A stretch of 64,000 nt of DNA from the NCBI GenBank assembly GCA_965221215.1, contig OZ244872.1, positions 907,601 to 971,600 of the forward strand, written 5' to 3'. The DNA is from Candidatus Aldehydirespirator sp. (GTDB lineage: Bacteria; Actinomycetota; Acidimicrobiia; Acidimicrobiales; Aldehydirespiratoraceae). Of the stretch, positions 27,767 to 38,106 are shown in pieces. The first letter of the stretch is position 1. The number at the start of each line of letters is the position of its first letter. Position numbers and translations under genes: made by a program. Under the pieces are notes generated by a model, which did no database searches, was not told the origin of the DNA, and saw only the letters and a list, made by a program, of their open reading frames with translations.

Positions 27767-29269
27767 CTATGGCAGGGCGGGATGGGTGCTGTAGCGCTCC
27801 CGCAGCTTGCGGCGCAGCAGCTTTCCGGTGTCGTTGTAGGGCAGTTCGTCCACGAACTCCACCCGGGCCGGCACCCGGCTTGATCGCAGCCGATCCCGCA
27901 CCAGTTGCCGGAGGTCGTCGGCGGCTGGGGCGGGGGAGCGGGCCACCACGCACACCGCCACCTCCTCGCCCCACTCGCGGCTGGGCACCCCGAAGGCGGC
28001 CGCGTCGGCCACGCCGGGATGGGCCAGCAGCGCGTCCTCGATCTCGCCGGGCGACAGGTTCTCGCCGCCCCGCACAATGATGTCGTCGCTGCGCCCGTGG
28101 ATCCACAGGTAGCCGGCGTCGTCGCGGTGGCCGCGGTCGCGGGTGCAGAACCAGCCGCTGTCGTCTAGCTGCGACCCTTCCCCGGCGTATTCGCCCGACA
28201 CCTGCTCGCCCCGCACCCAGATCTCGCCGGCCGTGCCCGTCGGCGCCTCGGCGCCGTCGTCGCCGCGCACCGCCACCTCCACTGTCGGCAGGGGCCGCCC
28301 CGCGGAGGCGAGCCTGGCTCGCTCGTCGGGATCGTCGGAGGCGGCGCAGCGGCGGTGGTCGTCGCCGCCCAACACGCTCACCGTCGAGCAGGCCTCGGTG
28401 AGGCCGTAGGCGTGAGAGAAGCCCGCCGCCGGCAACAGCTCCAGCGCCCGCTGCACCACGGCCCGGTGCGACCTGCCGCCCCCGTAGGCCACATAGCGCA
28501 CCGATTCGAGGGTCTCGTCCCGGCGGTCGAGGGTGTCGACGATGCGGGTCAGCATGGTGGGCACGAGCATGGCGTGGGTGATGCCCTCGGCTCGGACCAG
28601 GTCGATCCAGGCATCGGGATCGAACCGTGGCAGAGGCACGATCCGCCGCCCCGAGTACACCTGCGACAGTTGCGCCGCCACCGAGGCGATGTGGTAGGGC
28701 GGCACGGCCATGAGGTGAGCTTCATCCTCGCCGGCAGAAGCGAACTCCACCGTGCCCAGCACGTAGGCCACCAGGTGCCGGTGCCGCAGCATCGCAGCCT
28801 TGGGTGCGCCGGTGGTGCCGCTGGTGTAAAGCAGCACGGCTACAGCGTCGGGGTCGGTGGCCCAGTCGCCGGCTTCGGCGGGCTCGGCGCCCCCGGCAGG
28901 GTCGTCGAGCAGCGCGTCCCGCTCGATGATCTCCAGCCCGTCCACCCCGGCCAGCCGCTCGGCGCCGGAGGCGTCGGCCACCGCCAACCCGGGCCCGGCC
29001 CGCTCGGCCAGCCGGCGCAGGCGGTCGTCGGCGAGCCGGTAGTTGATCGGCACATAAGGCACGCCGGCCCAGGCCGCTCCGAACAGGGCGACGGGCAGCA
29101 CCGCTCCAGGCTCGTCGCACAGCACCAGGTGCTCGGCCCCAGAGGCTCGCAGGCGACCCGCCAGCCCGGCGGCGGCATCCATCAGACCGCCGCAGGTGAT
29201 CGCGTCGCCGCGGCTTCCCACCGCCACCCGCTCGGCCATGGCGCTGGCCGCCGCATCAAGCAGCGTCAT
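27767..29269 (-). CDS. AMP-dependent synthetase/ligase (acyl-CoA synthetase family)
   Basis: It has the AMP-binding motif LLYTSGTTGAPKAAML, plus YGLTE, TRDRG and the C-terminal GKLLRRKLRE. Start set at ATG 29269 (MTLLDAA...); GTG 29278 is also possible. Confidence 0.85.
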   Translation of the reverse strand: MTLLDAAASAMAERVAVGSRGDAITCGGLMDAAAGLAGRLRASGAEHLVLCDEPGAVLPVALFGAAWAGVPYVPINYRLADDRLRRLAERAGPGLAVADASGAERLAGVDGLEIIERDALLDDPAGGAEPAEAGDWATDPDAVAVLLYTSGTTGAPKAAMLRHRHLVAYVLGTVEFASAGEDEAHLMAVPPYHIASVAAQLSQVYSGRRIVPLPRFDPDAWIDLVRAEGITHAMLVPTMLTRIVDTLDRRDETLESVRYVAYGGGRSHRAVVQRALELLPAAGFSHAYGLTEACSTVSVLGGDDHRRCAASDDPDERARLASAGRPLPTVEVAVRGDDGAEAPTGTAGEIWVRGEQVSGEYAGEGSQLDDSGWFCTRDRGHRDDAGYLWIHGRSDDIIVRGGENLSPGEIEDALLAHPGVADAAAFGVPSREWGEEVAVCVVARSPAPAADDLRQLVRDRLRSSRVPARVEFVDELPYNDTGKLLRRKLRERYSTHPALP

Positions 29270-29368
29270 GAGGTTCACCGGCGCCGCCCCAGGTGGGTGG
29301 CGAGGGTGGGGGAGTGCTGGTTCACCGGCGCGGATCACCACCATCACCTGCGCCGGAGGGGTCGACGG

Positions 29369-30376
29369 TCAGGCCGCGGCCTGGCGGCGGGGACGGAGAC
29401 CGGCGCCACCCTCGCTTCGCCACCGCCGCCAGCGAGCGCGCAGCTCGGGTCGCCCGATCAGCAGCTCGATCACCACCGCCACGATCAATACCACCCCGGT
29501 GGCCAGGGTCAGGATGTAGAAGGGCGCGCCACCGAGGCTGAGCCCGCTGTTGATGAAGCGCAGGGTCAGGGCGCCGATGGCGATCCCGAACACCGAACCC
29601 CTTCCGCCCAGCAGGCTGACCCCGCCGATCAAAGCCGCGGTGGCCGCCGGGAGCAGCAGCGTCTCGAAGGCGGCCGGCCCCGCGCTGCCCGACTTGATGG
29701 ATGTGAGCGCCCCGGTCAGCGCGGCCATCGCGCCCGACAGCGCGAAGGCCAGCACCAGCGGCCGCACCAGCGGCACACCGGCCGCGGCGGCCTCGTCGCG
29801 CCCGCCGCCGACGGCGTAGACCTCCCGCCCGAAGCGGGTGTGCACCAGCAGAAGGGCCACGGCCACGAAACAGCCTACGGTGACCAGGCTGAACGGCGAG
29901 AAGATCCAGAGCTGGCGGCGCACCGACTGGGCGACGCTCAGGTCGCCCATCACCACGGTGTTCTCGCCCGAGATCATGAAGGCCAGACCGCGCAGCCCGA
30001 TCAACGTGCCCAGCGTGAACACCAGCGACTGGATCCTCAGCCGATAGATCAGGTAGCCCTGCACGCCTCCGTAGGCGGTGCCGATCAGCATGGCGACGAT
30101 CACGGTGGGAACCAGCCCCAGCTCGTCCACCAGCGACACCGAGATGATTCCGGCCACGGCCGCGGCCGATCCCACCGACAGGTCGAGTTCGCCGGCGATG
30201 ATGGTCACGCCGACGGCGAGAGCGGCCAGGCCCAGGAATGCGAAGCCCTCGAAGATGGTGAAGACGTTGTTGGTGGTGAAGAACCGGTCGTCGCGCCAGG
30301 AGAACACCACGAACACCGCCACGAACAGCACGAGCCGGGCCCAGGCCGTCGGCTCCACTCGCTGGATCGCCCTCAT
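29369..30376 (-). CDS. ABC transporter permease (ribose/monosaccharide-type)
   Basis: This is the MRAIQRVEPTAWARLVLFVAV... portion of track ORF 29369..31375. It has about 9 hydrophobic segments. The start at 30376 has an ATGA overlap with the upstream permease. Confidence 0.8.
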   Translation of the reverse strand: MRAIQRVEPTAWARLVLFVAVFVVFSWRDDRFFTTNNVFTIFEGFAFLGLAALAVGVTIIAGELDLSVGSAAAVAGIISVSLVDELGLVPTVIVAMLIGTAYGGVQGYLIYRLRIQSLVFTLGTLIGLRGLAFMISGENTVVMGDLSVAQSVRRQLWIFSPFSLVTVGCFVAVALLLVHTRFGREVYAVGGGRDEAAAAGVPLVRPLVLAFALSGAMAALTGALTSIKSGSAGPAAFETLLLPAATAALIGGVSLLGGRGSVFGIAIGALTLRFINSGLSLGGAPFYILTLATGVVLIVAVVIELLIGRPELRARWRRWRSEGGAGLRPRRQAAA

Positions 30377-31362
30377 GTCAGCCGTCTCCGGGCCCGAAGC
30401 AGGGTGAAGGCGCTGACGCTGACCAGGATGGCGGCGCCGACGAGCAGGATTCGAACCCCGTAGCTGAACCCGCGCAGCACCATCAGGTTCTGCAGGCCGG
30501 CGATGAACACCGCACCCACCGCGGTTCTCGACGCCGAGCCCTCTCCTCCCTGGATGGCGGCACCGCCCACCAGGATGGCGGCGATGGAGTCGATGTCGGC
30601 GCCGTCGAACTGGTCGAGCCTTCCCTGGCCGAACTGCGATGCAGTGAAGACTCCGGCCAGGGCCGCGCCCAGCGAAGACACCGTGAACACGTAGACGGTG
30701 ATCTTGCCGGGTCGAAGCCCCGAAGCCGCCGCCGCCAGCCGGTTGGCGCCCACCAGGGTCAGCTCCCGGCCGAAGCGGGTGCGGGCCAGGATCGTGGCGG
30801 CGACAACGGTGATGGCCACAAACGCCCACGTCTGGGTGGGGATTCCCAGCGGACGGGATGTGCCGATCCAGTCGGACGCGTCGGTGCCCGTCCGCACCGT
30901 CTTGTTGTCGGTCAGCCAGGCGCCGGTGCCGAACAGCACTGCGCCCACGGCCAGCGTCACCACGATCGGGTTGCCGCCGAGGGCCACCGCGCCGCCCTGA
31001 GCGGCGCCGGACGCGGCCGCGATGGCGAAGGTGACGAGCAGCGCGGCCCACACCGGCCATCCCCAGCTCATGAAGGCGGCGAAACCGATGGCCGCCATCG
31101 CCGCGGTCTGCGACACCGACAGCGAGAAGAAGCTGCCGGCGATGGTGATGCCGGTCATGGTCACTGCGATTATTCCGATGAGGGCGGCCGAGCGCACGAT
31201 GCTCTGCATGTTGCGGTAGGTGACGAACTCGGGTGTGGTGAGCCATCCCACCACCGCCAGGCCCACCACCGCGCCAACCACCGCCAGCGGCACCGACGCT
31301 CGCCGCCATGACCAGTCCGGCCGCACGGCTCGGGTCTCGGTGCGGACCTCGGCGCTGGTCAC
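30373..31362 (-). CDS. ABC transporter permease (ribose/monosaccharide-type)
   Basis: 329-aa hydrophobic ORF that overlaps the ATPase stop by 4 nt. Confidence 0.8.
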   Translation of the reverse strand: MTSAEVRTETRAVRPDWSWRRASVPLAVVGAVVGLAVVGWLTTPEFVTYRNMQSIVRSAALIGIIAVTMTGITIAGSFFSLSVSQTAAMAAIGFAAFMSWGWPVWAALLVTFAIAAASGAAQGGAVALGGNPIVVTLAVGAVLFGTGAWLTDNKTVRTGTDASDWIGTSRPLGIPTQTWAFVAITVVAATILARTRFGRELTLVGANRLAAAASGLRPGKITVYVFTVSSLGAALAGVFTASQFGQGRLDQFDGADIDSIAAILVGGAAIQGGEGSASRTAVGAVFIAGLQNLMVLRGFSYGVRILLVGAAILVSVSAFTLLRARRRLT

Positions 31363-32864
31363 CGAACGGCCTCATGGGGATGGGTGATCTCCCGGGTGAG
31401 CAGCCGCGAGTCGGTGTCGTCGCGGCGGCGGACGCTGACCTGCGCCCCCTTGAAGTAGGCGGCCACGGTGTCGGCGAGGCCCAGGATCTCCTGGCTGTCG
31501 GAGCTGGCGATGACGATGGCGGTGCCCTGATCGGCGATGGTGCGCAGGTGGCGGTAGATCTCGGCCCTGGCCCCCACGTCCACGCCGCGGGTCGGCTCGT
31601 CGATCAGCAGAACCTGCAGCGGATGCCCGGTCCATTTCCCCACCGCGATCTTCTGCTGGTTGCCGCCGCTCAGCGCGCCGGCCGCTGATCCCAGGCGTTG
31701 CCGGTCGATGGTGAAGGTCTCGGCGATCCGCTTGCTGAGCGACCGCTCGGCCCGCGGTCTCAGCCACCCGGCAGTCGTCACATGTCCGAGGCTGGGGGAG
31801 GTGAGGTTCTCGACCACGCTGCGCTGCAGGAACAAGCCGTCGCGCTTGCGGTCCGACGAGCTATAGCCGATGCCGCAGCGAATCGCGCCAGCCGGCGAGT
31901 TGGCCGCAACGGAGCGGCCGGCCACGGCCACCGTGCCCGAGACTGTGGGCTGGTGACCGGCCACTGCTCTCAGGATGTCGCTGGCGCCGCTGCCGAGTTG
32001 GCCGGCCAGCCCGACGATCTCGCCCCCGCGGACCGTGAGGCTGACCGGTTCGGTCACGTTGTCGGTCAGGAGGTTCTCGATCTCGAGCACCGGCGGCCCA
32101 GCGTCGGCGGCCCGAGGCGGGAACAGGCCCTCCAGCGAACCGCCGAGCATCATGGAGATGAGTTGGTCGAGGGTGAGGTCGCCGGTGGGGATCGGAGCGC
32201 TCGAGCGGCCATCGCGAAAAACCGTCACCCGATCGGCCAAGTCGAACACCTCATCGAGGCGATGGGTGACGTAGATGATGGAGCGGCGCTGCTCCCGCAG
32301 CGAGCGGACCACCGTCTTGACTCGCTGGATCTCTCGGTCTGCGAGCGCCGCGGTCGGCTCGTCGAAGATCACCACCCTGGCGTCGCGGGCCAGCAGGCGG
32401 GCCACTTCGATCAACTGCCGCTCCGCCACCGAGAGATGCTCGACCGGGGCGCGGGGATCCAGGCCTGCGAGACCCACCTGCTCCAGATAGGGCCCGGCCG
32501 CCCGGGCCAGAGCCCGCGGCGAAGTTCGCCACCCCCGTCTGGTGTCGCCCAGGAACACGTTGTCGGCCACCGACAGGCTCAGAACCAGCGACAGTTCCTG
32601 CTGGACCACGGCGATGCCGGCATGCTCGGACCCGGTGGCGCCCCCGAAATAGACCTCCTTGCCGTCTAGGCGGATCCGGCCCTCGTCGGGCGGATGCATC
32701 CCGGCCAGGACCTTGACCAGGGTGCTCTTGCCCGCGCCGTTCTCGCCGACGAGGGCCATCACCTCGCCCCGGCCGACCTCGAAGTCGGCCTTGTGCAGCG
32801 CCCGAATCGAACCGAACGTCTTCGAGAGAGCGTCGACTCGCAGGTACGGCTCAGACGAGTCCAC
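31359..32864 (-). CDS. Sugar-type ABC transporter ATP-binding protein (duplicated ATPase domains)
   Basis: 501 aa with a GTG start. The first domain has GENGAGKSTL ... LSVAERQ ... VIFDEPT. The second has LSGGNQQK ... LLIDEPTRGVD. Confidence 0.9.
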   Translation of the reverse strand: MDSSEPYLRVDALSKTFGSIRALHKADFEVGRGEVMALVGENGAGKSTLVKVLAGMHPPDEGRIRLDGKEVYFGGATGSEHAGIAVVQQELSLVLSLSVADNVFLGDTRRGWRTSPRALARAAGPYLEQVGLAGLDPRAPVEHLSVAERQLIEVARLLARDARVVIFDEPTAALADREIQRVKTVVRSLREQRRSIIYVTHRLDEVFDLADRVTVFRDGRSSAPIPTGDLTLDQLISMMLGGSLEGLFPPRAADAGPPVLEIENLLTDNVTEPVSLTVRGGEIVGLAGQLGSGASDILRAVAGHQPTVSGTVAVAGRSVAANSPAGAIRCGIGYSSSDRKRDGLFLQRSVVENLTSPSLGHVTTAGWLRPRAERSLSKRIAETFTIDRQRLGSAAGALSGGNQQKIAVGKWTGHPLQVLLIDEPTRGVDVGARAEIYRHLRTIADQGTAIVIASSDSQEILGLADTVAAYFKGAQVSVRRRDDTDSRLLTREITHPHEAVR

Positions 32865-32882
32865 GGCTACCCGCGCCCGCTC

Positions 32883-33353
32883 TCAGTCTTGCCACGCCTT
32901 TCCGGCGATCCAAGCCTCCATCCCCTCCTTGCGGGACGACTCGATGAACTCCAGGCGGGCCCCGTGCATGTCGTCGGGCGCAGTGTAGGTGGCCAATATC
33001 CGGTCCTCGGGCGTGTACTGGGTGGCCTCCTTGCCGATGCCCATTGCCCGCAAACGCTCAACTAGAGCTTCAGGGTCGTCCTCCCACAGGCCGATGTGGT
33101 GCAGCCCCTCCTGTGCCCGGCCGTAGATGCCCTCGTTGTCCTGCGACTCGAGCAGCTCGAGGTACGGGGGACCCTCGACCGACCAGGTGATCCGCAGATC
33201 GAGCGCCTCAACGATCTCGCCCTGCTCGAAGCGGTCCACATGGGCGATCTCGGGATCCTTGAATGTCAGTCCGAGCACCTGCGAGAAGCGGACCATGGCC
33301 TCTTCGATGTTCTCGACGAGGATGCCCACATGGCACAGGTCGCTGGCGGTCAT
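32883..33353 (-). CDS. VOC family protein (glyoxalase/bleomycin-resistance/dioxygenase fold)
   Basis: 156 aa. CHVGILVENIEEA...GLHHIGLWEDD fits the VOC pattern. Confidence 0.75.
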   Translation of the reverse strand: MTASDLCHVGILVENIEEAMVRFSQVLGLTFKDPEIAHVDRFEQGEIVEALDLRITWSVEGPPYLELLESQDNEGIYGRAQEGLHHIGLWEDDPEALVERLRAMGIGKEATQYTPEDRILATYTAPDDMHGARLEFIESSRKEGMEAWIAGKAWQD

Positions 33354-33476
33354 GGATGCGGTCCTTTCGTGGCTGTCGCGTCAGCCCGGCGGTCCGTGGA
33401 CCGGAGCGGCGGGCCGGCTCGGAACCGGCCCGCCGCCCGATCGTCGAATCAGCTGGTGACTATCGTCGCCGACCGG

Positions 33477-34589
33477 TCAGTACACGCAGAGTTCGGCCAC
33501 GCCGAGTCCCTGCACGGTTACCGACTCGATCTCGTTGTCGTCGGTGAAGGCGGGACTGCGCACCGGCGGATTGGGAATGAAGTTGTTGAAGCTGGCCAGA
33601 GAGCCGCTGGTGAGGTACTCGTCCAGCGTGTTGATGCTGAAGACGCCCTCGAGCCGGGCCGCCTGCAAGCCGGTGGCGAACTCCTTGCCGTTCTCGAGGA
33701 ACTCGAGGTTGCCGTGGCAGGTGCCCCCGACCACCATGATGTCGGCGCCGGGCGTGTAGCCCTCTTCCTCGAGAGCGTGGACCACGCCCTCGGCCAGCGC
33801 CGAGTTGTGGGCATAGACAAGGTCGATCCCGTCGCTGCGGTGAGCGGCCACGAGCTGCTTGGTGGCGTCGTAGCCCTCCGCCGGTCCGAAGCCGGCCTCG
33901 ACCTCGCCCAGCACGCTGATGCCGGCCGCCTCGAGGATTGGCCGGGCCGCGCCCGTGCGGTCGATTCCGGCCTGGTATCCGGCCACGAATCCGATGATGA
34001 TGGCGTTGCCGCCGTCGCTGTGGAGCTCGGCGCCGCCGGCCGACATCACATCGCGGGCCTCGACCACCAGCTCGGCCGCCACCTCGCCGTTCAGCTTGTC
34101 GTCGACGCCGGCGTAGCCGACCACGTACGACTCCGACCCCTGGAAGGGAAGCTGGTTGGTCTGGATCACCGGAACCCCGGTGTCGGCCAGGGCCTGCAAC
34201 GAGGCCACGCCCGCCTCGTTGTCGGAGGGCCACCAGGCGTAGGCCACCACGCCGGAGTCGGCGGCCCCGATCTGCTGCTGCACCTGGGTGTCCTGCTCGG
34301 CCTGGTCGAAGTTGTTCTCGATGATGATCAGCTCATATCCCAGCGAGGCCGCGGTCTCCTCGGCGCCCCGACCCCATTCCGCGATGTAGGTGTTGGTGGT
34401 GGTCGGAATGAAGGCGACGATGGTGTTGCCCATCTCCTCCACCGCCTCGGTCGTGGTCGGCGCGGCGGTGGTGGCCGGCGCCGCGGTGGTGGCCGGCGCG
34501 GCCTCCGGCTCGTCGTCGTCTCCGCAGGCGACGGCCACCAGGGCCAGCGCCAAGAATGTGCCCAATATGGGCACGAGACGTCGTCTCAT
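33477..34589 (-). CDS. Sugar ABC transporter substrate-binding lipoprotein (PBP type I)
   Basis: Start ATG 34589 is preceded by AAGGGGGAA. The signal and lipobox are MRRRLVPILGTFLALALVAVAC, followed by a Thr/Ala/Pro tether. The body resembles the periplasmic-binding/LacI-like fold. Confidence 0.8.
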   Translation of the reverse strand: MRRRLVPILGTFLALALVAVACGDDDEPEAAPATTAAPATTAAPTTTEAVEEMGNTIVAFIPTTTNTYIAEWGRGAEETAASLGYELIIIENNFDQAEQDTQVQQQIGAADSGVVAYAWWPSDNEAGVASLQALADTGVPVIQTNQLPFQGSESYVVGYAGVDDKLNGEVAAELVVEARDVMSAGGAELHSDGGNAIIIGFVAGYQAGIDRTGAARPILEAAGISVLGEVEAGFGPAEGYDATKQLVAAHRSDGIDLVYAHNSALAEGVVHALEEEGYTPGADIMVVGGTCHGNLEFLENGKEFATGLQAARLEGVFSINTLDEYLTSGSLASFNNFIPNPPVRSPAFTDDNEIESVTVQGLGVAELCVY

Positions 34590-34678
34590 GATTGTTCCCC
34601 CTTGATTGAACGCCACCGGAGAGTTGGACCCCGGTGGGTGCCAGCGACGCTACTTCGGAGCGTCCGAGGCGTACAAGC

Positions 34679-35644
34679 TCAAGACGGCGACCCCGAAGGA
34701 CTGCTGCGCAGGTGCTGGGCCACGGCCGACATGTCGTGCTCCCCGAAGCCCGCCTCGATGGCCGCGGCGATCACGCTGCGGTTCAGCTCGCCCTGCGGCA
34801 GGCTCGCGCCGACGGTGGCGGCCAGCTCCAGGGCCAGGTCCAGATCCTTGCGGGCCAACACCATCCGGAAGGCGACCGGCACCTCGCCCGGCTTGAGGAA
34901 GGCCTCCTGGCGGTAGTGCACGAACGGGGCCGCGATGGCGCTGTTGGCGAAGACCTCGTAGGCGCGGTCGCGCCCGATCCCGGCCGCCTCGGCCAGCACC
35001 AACGCCTCCGATACCGCTTGGCCCAGCCCGTACACGATCGAGTTGACGGCCAGTTTGATGGTGGCGCCCGAGCCCACCGGCCCCATGTGGTAGATCCGGG
35101 CGCTCATGGCCTCCAACACCGGCCGCACCGCTTCGACGTCGCGGGCCTCCCCGCCGGCCATGACAGTGAGGGTTCCGGCCTCGGCGAGGGCCACGCTCCC
35201 CGACACCGGGGCATCGATGAAGCTGCACCCCGCGGCGCCCACCGCAGCCGACACTGCCGCGGCCTGGCCCGGGCTGATCGTGCTCATGTCCACGCAAACG
35301 GTTCCGGCCCGAAGCGACCGGGCCATCGCGCCAGAGCCCGAATACAGGTCGAGCAGCACGTCGCCGTCGGCCACCATGGTGATCACGACGTCGGCCGCGG
35401 CGGCGAGGGCCGAGGGCGTATCCGCCACCCGGGCTCCGGTGCGAGCGGCCAGCGCCTCGGACTTGGATGCGGTGCGGTTCCACACCACCAGCGGGAACCC
35501 CGCCGCCGCCACGTTGGCCGCCATGGGCAGTCCCATGCTGCCCAGCCCGACGAAACCGACAGTGGCGCCCCGCGAAGGCCTGGTGCCGCTCGGCTGGCTG
35601 GCGCCGCTCGGCCGCCCGGCGCCCCCCTCAGTACTCGTTGGCAA
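34679..35644 (-). CDS. NAD(P)-dependent beta-hydroxyacid dehydrogenase (3-hydroxyisobutyrate/6PGDH-like)
   Basis: VGFVGLGSMGLPMA Rossmann motif plus GSGATIKLAVN. The only start upstream of the Rossmann motif is TTG 35644, which overlaps the upstream gene by 17 nt. Confidence 0.8.
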   Translation of the reverse strand: MPTSTEGGAGRPSGASQPSGTRPSRGATVGFVGLGSMGLPMAANVAAAGFPLVVWNRTASKSEALAARTGARVADTPSALAAAADVVITMVADGDVLLDLYSGSGAMARSLRAGTVCVDMSTISPGQAAAVSAAVGAAGCSFIDAPVSGSVALAEAGTLTVMAGGEARDVEAVRPVLEAMSARIYHMGPVGSGATIKLAVNSIVYGLGQAVSEALVLAEAAGIGRDRAYEVFANSAIAAPFVHYRQEAFLKPGEVPVAFRMVLARKDLDLALELAATVGASLPQGELNRSVIAAAIEAGFGEHDMSAVAQHLRSSPSGSPS

Positions 35645-36896
35645 CTTGGAGCTCCTCGGCGGGGAACAGGGTCACAACCTTGGGCCCCTCGGCGGAGCAG
35701 ACAACCATCTCCTCGATGCGGGCCGCCGAGCGGCCGTCGGAGGCCGGACAGAAGGTCTCCAGCGCGAAGTACATCCCCTCCTTGAGCTCAAACGGGTTCT
35801 TGATCGAGTTGAGCCTGCTGATCACGGGGCGCTCATGCACCGACAGCCCCACGCCGTGGCCGAACTGGAGACCGAACGCCTCCATCTCGTCGGGGAACCC
35901 GAACTCCTGGCACTCGGGCCATGACTGCGCGATCGCGTCGGTGGTGGTTCCGGGCTTCACCAGGGCGATGGCGGCGTCGATCCACTCGCGGGCCCGCTTG
36001 TAGGCGTCGCGCTGGGCCGGGGTGGCCCTCCCCACCACGAAGGTCCGGTAGTAGCAGGTGCGGTAGCCGTTGTGGGCCTGGATGATGTCGAAGTAGGCGG
36101 TGTCGCCGGGCCGGATCAGACGGTCGGAGAAGACGTGGGGATGGGGGCTGCAGCGCTCTCCCGCGATGGAGTTGATCGCCTCGACGTGCTCCGAGCCCAT
36201 CTCGTAGAGCCGCTTGTTGGCCAAAGCCACGATGTCGGACTCGCGCACGCCGGGCTTGAGCGCCTCGAAGATGTCGTGGTACACGCCGTCCACCATCGCT
36301 GAGGCCTGGGTGAGCAGCATGATCTCGTCGGGGCTCTTGATCTCGCGGGCCTCGAGCATGACCTGCTGCCCGTTGCGCACGTCGACGCCGGCCTTGACCA
36401 GCTCCAGGTACATCTCCGCCTCGGCCATGTCGATGCCGAGCGGCATGTCGGCCACACCCTCGTCGCGCAGCACGTCGCAGATCTCGCCCACGGCCCGGGT
36501 GAACAGCCCCGCCTCGGGGCCGATGGATCCGGCCAAGCCCGTGTTGCCGCCCACCGAATGGCCCGGCTCCAGCCACGGCGAGTGCAGGGTGTGAACCCGG
36601 GCCGCGGAGCCGAAGTCCCAGATCCAAGGCTCGCCGGTTCGGGTGAGCAGCGCCCAGCGCTCCATCTTGTTGAAGGCCCAGTAGCCGATGTGGGTGGCGG
36701 TCAGGTAGCGGATGTTGGCGGTGTCGAACACCAGAAGCGCCCCCAGGTCCGAGCCCTCGAGCGCGGCCTTCGCCCTGTCGAGCCGGTAGCGCCGCAGCCG
36801 GTCGTAGTCCACGCGCTCTTCCCAGTCGACCGACATCACGCCCGGCGAGGGCGTGGTCGCCACCGGGAAGTCGGCGGGTTGGTTCTCAGTGCCCAC
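35628..36896 (-). CDS. M24 family metallopeptidase-fold protein (creatinase/prolidase-like)
   Basis: 422 aa; the GTG start is preceded by AAGGGGGA. It has a creatinase-type N-domain, then the pita-bread motifs DIIQAHNGY, FGHGVGLSVHE and ALE...IEE. Confidence 0.8.
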   Translation of the reverse strand: MGTENQPADFPVATTPSPGVMSVDWEERVDYDRLRRYRLDRAKAALEGSDLGALLVFDTANIRYLTATHIGYWAFNKMERWALLTRTGEPWIWDFGSAARVHTLHSPWLEPGHSVGGNTGLAGSIGPEAGLFTRAVGEICDVLRDEGVADMPLGIDMAEAEMYLELVKAGVDVRNGQQVMLEAREIKSPDEIMLLTQASAMVDGVYHDIFEALKPGVRESDIVALANKRLYEMGSEHVEAINSIAGERCSPHPHVFSDRLIRPGDTAYFDIIQAHNGYRTCYYRTFVVGRATPAQRDAYKRAREWIDAAIALVKPGTTTDAIAQSWPECQEFGFPDEMEAFGLQFGHGVGLSVHERPVISRLNSIKNPFELKEGMYFALETFCPASDGRSAARIEEMVVCSAEGPKVVTLFPAEELQVANEY

Positions 36897-36926
36897 TGTT
36901 GGTCCCCCTTGTGAGCCCGTCGCTCG

Positions 36927-38036
36927 CTATGGCGTCGAGTCGGCCGCCCATCCGCCGGTGCGACGCAATTCTGTTGCCCACGGATCGATAAGCGTCTTGA
37001 TGCGTTGGGCCCTGCCATCGACCATTGGCCGCAGCCCGCCCTGCACCAGCTCGCCGAGCGGCAGGGCCACCGGCGCCACATCGCCCCATCCGCCCGGTCG
37101 GCGTCCGACCAGACGGGCCGCCTCCGCGAAGTCGGCGCCGAACACGTGGGCGTTGGTTCCCACCAGCGACACTTCTCGCAGCGTCAGCGTGCGGACGTCG
37201 ACTGTGACGGGCTTCGCGCCCAGCCCGACGGCCACCACCGTGCCCCGCGGCTCCACCACGGCCAGTGCGGCCCCGAGCGCGGCAGCCACACCGGTCACCT
37301 CGTAGGCCACCGAGGCGGGCGCGTCGAGCGCCGACCGGAGCTGCGGGGCGAGTTCCTGGTCCCGGTCCACTTCCACGGTGCCCGCCGCCCCCAGTTCCTC
37401 GGCGATCGCGAGCCTCTCGGCTGCGAGGTCGGCGGCCAGCACTCGCAGCCCCATCTCCGCGGCGGCGTACACCAGGAAGGCGCCCACGCCCCCGACTCCG
37501 ATGACCACGACGGGGTCGCCCGGGCGCGGCGACCCTTGGCGCAGGGCGTGCACGGCCACCGACATGGGCTGGACGAGGGCGGCGGCGTCGTCTCCGAGCC
37601 CGTGCTGGTCGACCTGCAGGCAGATCGACGCCGGCACGGTCACATACTGCGCGAGGGCGCCGTTTCGCTGGAGGCCGACGGTGTGGTACCGCTCGCAGAA
37701 GTTGGTTAGACCTCTAGTGCAGGTTGAGCATGCGCCGCACGAGATGCCGGCGCCGCTGGCCACGACTGCGCCGTCGGGGAAGCCCACGACCCCGCGTCCG
37801 CGTGCCGCCACCCGGCCGCCGAACTCGTGGCCGGGGACCATGGGCCCGAGATGGCCCGACCGCTTGTTGCGGGAGGAGATGGGGATCATGGTCGGCCCGT
37901 GGCTCCACTCCGAGGCGTCGGTTCCGCAGATGCCGGCGGAGTGGACCTCGATGAGCAGCTCGCCCGGTGCAGGGTCGGGCACTTCGAGCTTCTCGACTCG
38001 GATGTCGCGGGAGCCGTGGTACACGGCCGCCCGCAT
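36927..38036 (-). CDS. Zinc-dependent alcohol/polyol dehydrogenase (MDR family)
   Basis: Start ATG 38036 (MRAAVYHG...). Motifs: GICGTDASEW, GHEFGG, the structural-zinc CGACSTCTRGLTNFC, and GVGGVG. Confidence 0.85.
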   Translation of the reverse strand: MRAAVYHGSRDIRVEKLEVPDPAPGELLIEVHSAGICGTDASEWSHGPTMIPISSRNKRSGHLGPMVPGHEFGGRVAARGRGVVGFPDGAVVASGAGISCGACSTCTRGLTNFCERYHTVGLQRNGALAQYVTVPASICLQVDQHGLGDDAAALVQPMSVAVHALRQGSPRPGDPVVVIGVGGVGAFLVYAAAEMGLRVLAADLAAERLAIAEELGAAGTVEVDRDQELAPQLRSALDAPASVAYEVTGVAAALGAALAVVEPRGTVVAVGLGAKPVTVDVRTLTLREVSLVGTNAHVFGADFAEAARLVGRRPGGWGDVAPVALPLGELVQGGLRPMVDGRAQRIKTLIDPWATELRRTGGWAADSTP

Positions 38037-38106
38037 GCTCACGACGCTCCCCGCGGTCCGCCGCCCGGCGGTGGGCTGTCCGGCCCTGCCACTGCGTGGA
38101 CTCCGA

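Noticed and set aside
28355-30463. 702-aa plus-strand ORF, and likewise 7829..9760 (-), 33096..34916 (+), 62440..63933 (+) and 57975..59210 (-)
   Set aside because: Each lies antisense to a gene with strong family motifs (acyl-CoA synthetase/permease, M20/RraA, SBP, beta-propeller, aminotransferase). Their compositions are typical of non-coding frames in high-GC DNA.
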